Shown piece by piece: positions 63,169 to 64,000 of a stretch of DNA of 64,000 nt. The DNA comes from an uncultured delta proteobacterium (lineage in GTDB: Bacteria > Desulfobacterota > Zymogenia > Zymogenales > Zymogenaceae): assembly GCA_963792965.1 (NCBI GenBank), contig CAWBYW010000016.1, positions 115,925 to 179,924 of the forward strand, given 5' to 3'. The notes beneath the pieces are model-generated. The model did no database searches. It had not been told where the DNA came from and was given only the letters and a program-made list of their open reading frames with translations. How positions within the stretch are numbered: position 1 is the stretch's first letter; each line of letters opens with the position of its first letter. The position numbers and the translations under genes were made by a program.

Positions 63169-63295
63169 TTCTTACTTGCTCAAGGCGCATGCCGGCTCCA
63201 GGGAGGGAAGGGGCCGTTGCCGGTGATCCGGGGAGAGGAGGATGACGCCGATCTTTCCGGCGCCGGGGACGTGAATAGAGGGGAGGACCGAGCCG

Positions 63296-64000
63296 TTATC
63301 CGTCCTGCTTCTGCCATTCATCGAGGCGGCAGCAGGAAACGCGGTGCCCTTTCTCCACTTCGACCATGGGCGGGACGAACTCGCAGCACGACGGGTCGTC
63401 CACCGGGCAGCGGGTATGAAACCGGCATCCCGGCGGCGGTGATATGGCCGACGGGATCTCTCCCCTCGGGATGGCGTGGGCCCTGCGCATCTTCGGGTCC
63501 GGCACCGGAACCGCAGACAGGAGGGCCCGTGTATAGGGATGCATCGGGTTGTGAAAAACCTGGTCCACCGTGCCGATCTCCACGATGATTCCGAGATACA
63601 TGATCGCGATCCGGTCGCAGATATATTTCGCGGTCGCAAGGTCGTGGGTCACAAAGAGGTAGGTGAGCGATAGATCTTCTTTCAGCTCTCGCATCATCTC
63701 GAGGATCAGCGCCCGCACCGAAACGTCCGCCATGGCGATCGGCTCGTCGGCCACCACCAGCTTGGGGGAAAGGACGAGTGCCCGCGCAAGGACCACCCTC
63801 TGCTTTTGCCCCCCCGAGAGGAGATGGGGATAGCGCTTGTAGATGTCGTTCACGGGGGTGAGCGCCACCCGCCTCATGACTTCCTTGACCCGCTCTTCCC
63901 GTTCTTTCTTATTTCCGATTTTCTGAATCACGAGAGAATAGCCGATATTATCGCCGACCGTCATGCGGGGGTTCAGCGACGCATGCGGGTCCTGAAACAC
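63296..64000 (-). CDS. Oligopeptide/dipeptide ABC transporter ATP-binding protein (OppF/DppF-like), N-terminus outside window
   Basis: ABC signature LSGGQKQRVVLARAL, Walker B VVADEP, H-loop THDL and a C-terminal oligo_HPY domain (NPMHPYTRALLSAVP). Partial: continues beyond coordinate 64000. Confidence 0.8.
   Translation of the reverse strand: MFQDPHASLNPRMTVGDNIGYSLVIQKIGNKKEREERVKEVMRRVALTPVNDIYKRYPHLLSGGQKQRVVLARALVLSPKLVVADEPIAMADVSVRALILEMMRELKEDLSLTYLFVTHDLATAKYICDRIAIMYLGIIVEIGTVDQVFHNPMHPYTRALLSAVPVPDPKMRRAHAIPRGEIPSAISPPPGCRFHTRCPVDDPSCCEFVPPMVEVEKGHRVSCCRLDEWQKQDG

Noticed and set aside
1-64000. CRISPR arrays or transposase/integrase genes
   Set aside because: No regularly spaced direct repeats, cas-like genes, transposases or phage integrases were seen. 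The only repeat structures are the 28-bp inverted repeat at 4888..4972 and the tandem TPR coding repeats.

Overview
This window is a high-GC (about 60-65%) bacterial chromosomal segment, gene-dense and read here mostly on the minus strand. The content suggests a deltaproteobacterium-like anaerobe: TPR-rich proteins, multi-PAS sensor kinases, a selA homolog and many 4Fe-4S proteins. That lineage call is inference only.

Recognisable genes:
- Metabolism and salvage: a PrpD/MmgE-family protein, and a methylthioadenosine salvage pair made of two MtaD-like amidohydrolases plus a PNP-I phosphorylase with a cupin.
- Cell-surface and signalling: a giant TPR lipoprotein of about 1180 aa and a TPR-CHAT protein next to an HD-domain protein. 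There is also an ABC_sub_bind-type ABC transporter (substrate-binding protein, permease, ATPase). Two very large PAS/GAF hybrid sensor kinases with response regulators are present, together with a CHASE2 adenylate cyclase, an RDD protein and an ArnT/PMT-like glycosyltransferase.
- Housekeeping and other: radA, rsmE, rph and rdgB. A kinase pair (PfkB plus an APH-like/P-loop fusion) and an HDAC-family deacetylase follow, then a Memo-like protein, a beta-CASP MBL ribonuclease and two QueG-like 4Fe-4S proteins. The rest are an O-methyltransferase, a GPH/MFS transporter, a V4R protein, an AraC-type response regulator and a partial Opp/Dpp-type ABC ATPase.

The most unusual locus is 33.2-43.3 kb, a periplasmic alpha-2-macroglobulin (A2M) operon. 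It includes a transpeptidase-only penicillin-binding protein (PBP) and DUF1175/DUF2138-like accessory genes. In this A2M a single in-frame TGA sits exactly where the thioester cysteine of the GYPYG-C-x-EQ motif should be. A perfect 8-bp hairpin starts 12 nt downstream, so this is a candidate selenocysteine site. A selA (selenocysteine synthase) homolog lies about 8 kb away but is itself fragmented.

The window carries more than 20 apparent frameshifts that split otherwise intact genes. These are either assembly indel errors, some of them in homopolymers, or real gene decay. Either way they limit how far the frameshifts and the TGA can be interpreted.

A low-GC islet at 4.38-4.98 kb carries a Cys-rich DUF3795 gene. 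It is flanked by a 28-bp perfect inverted repeat and a short direct repeat.
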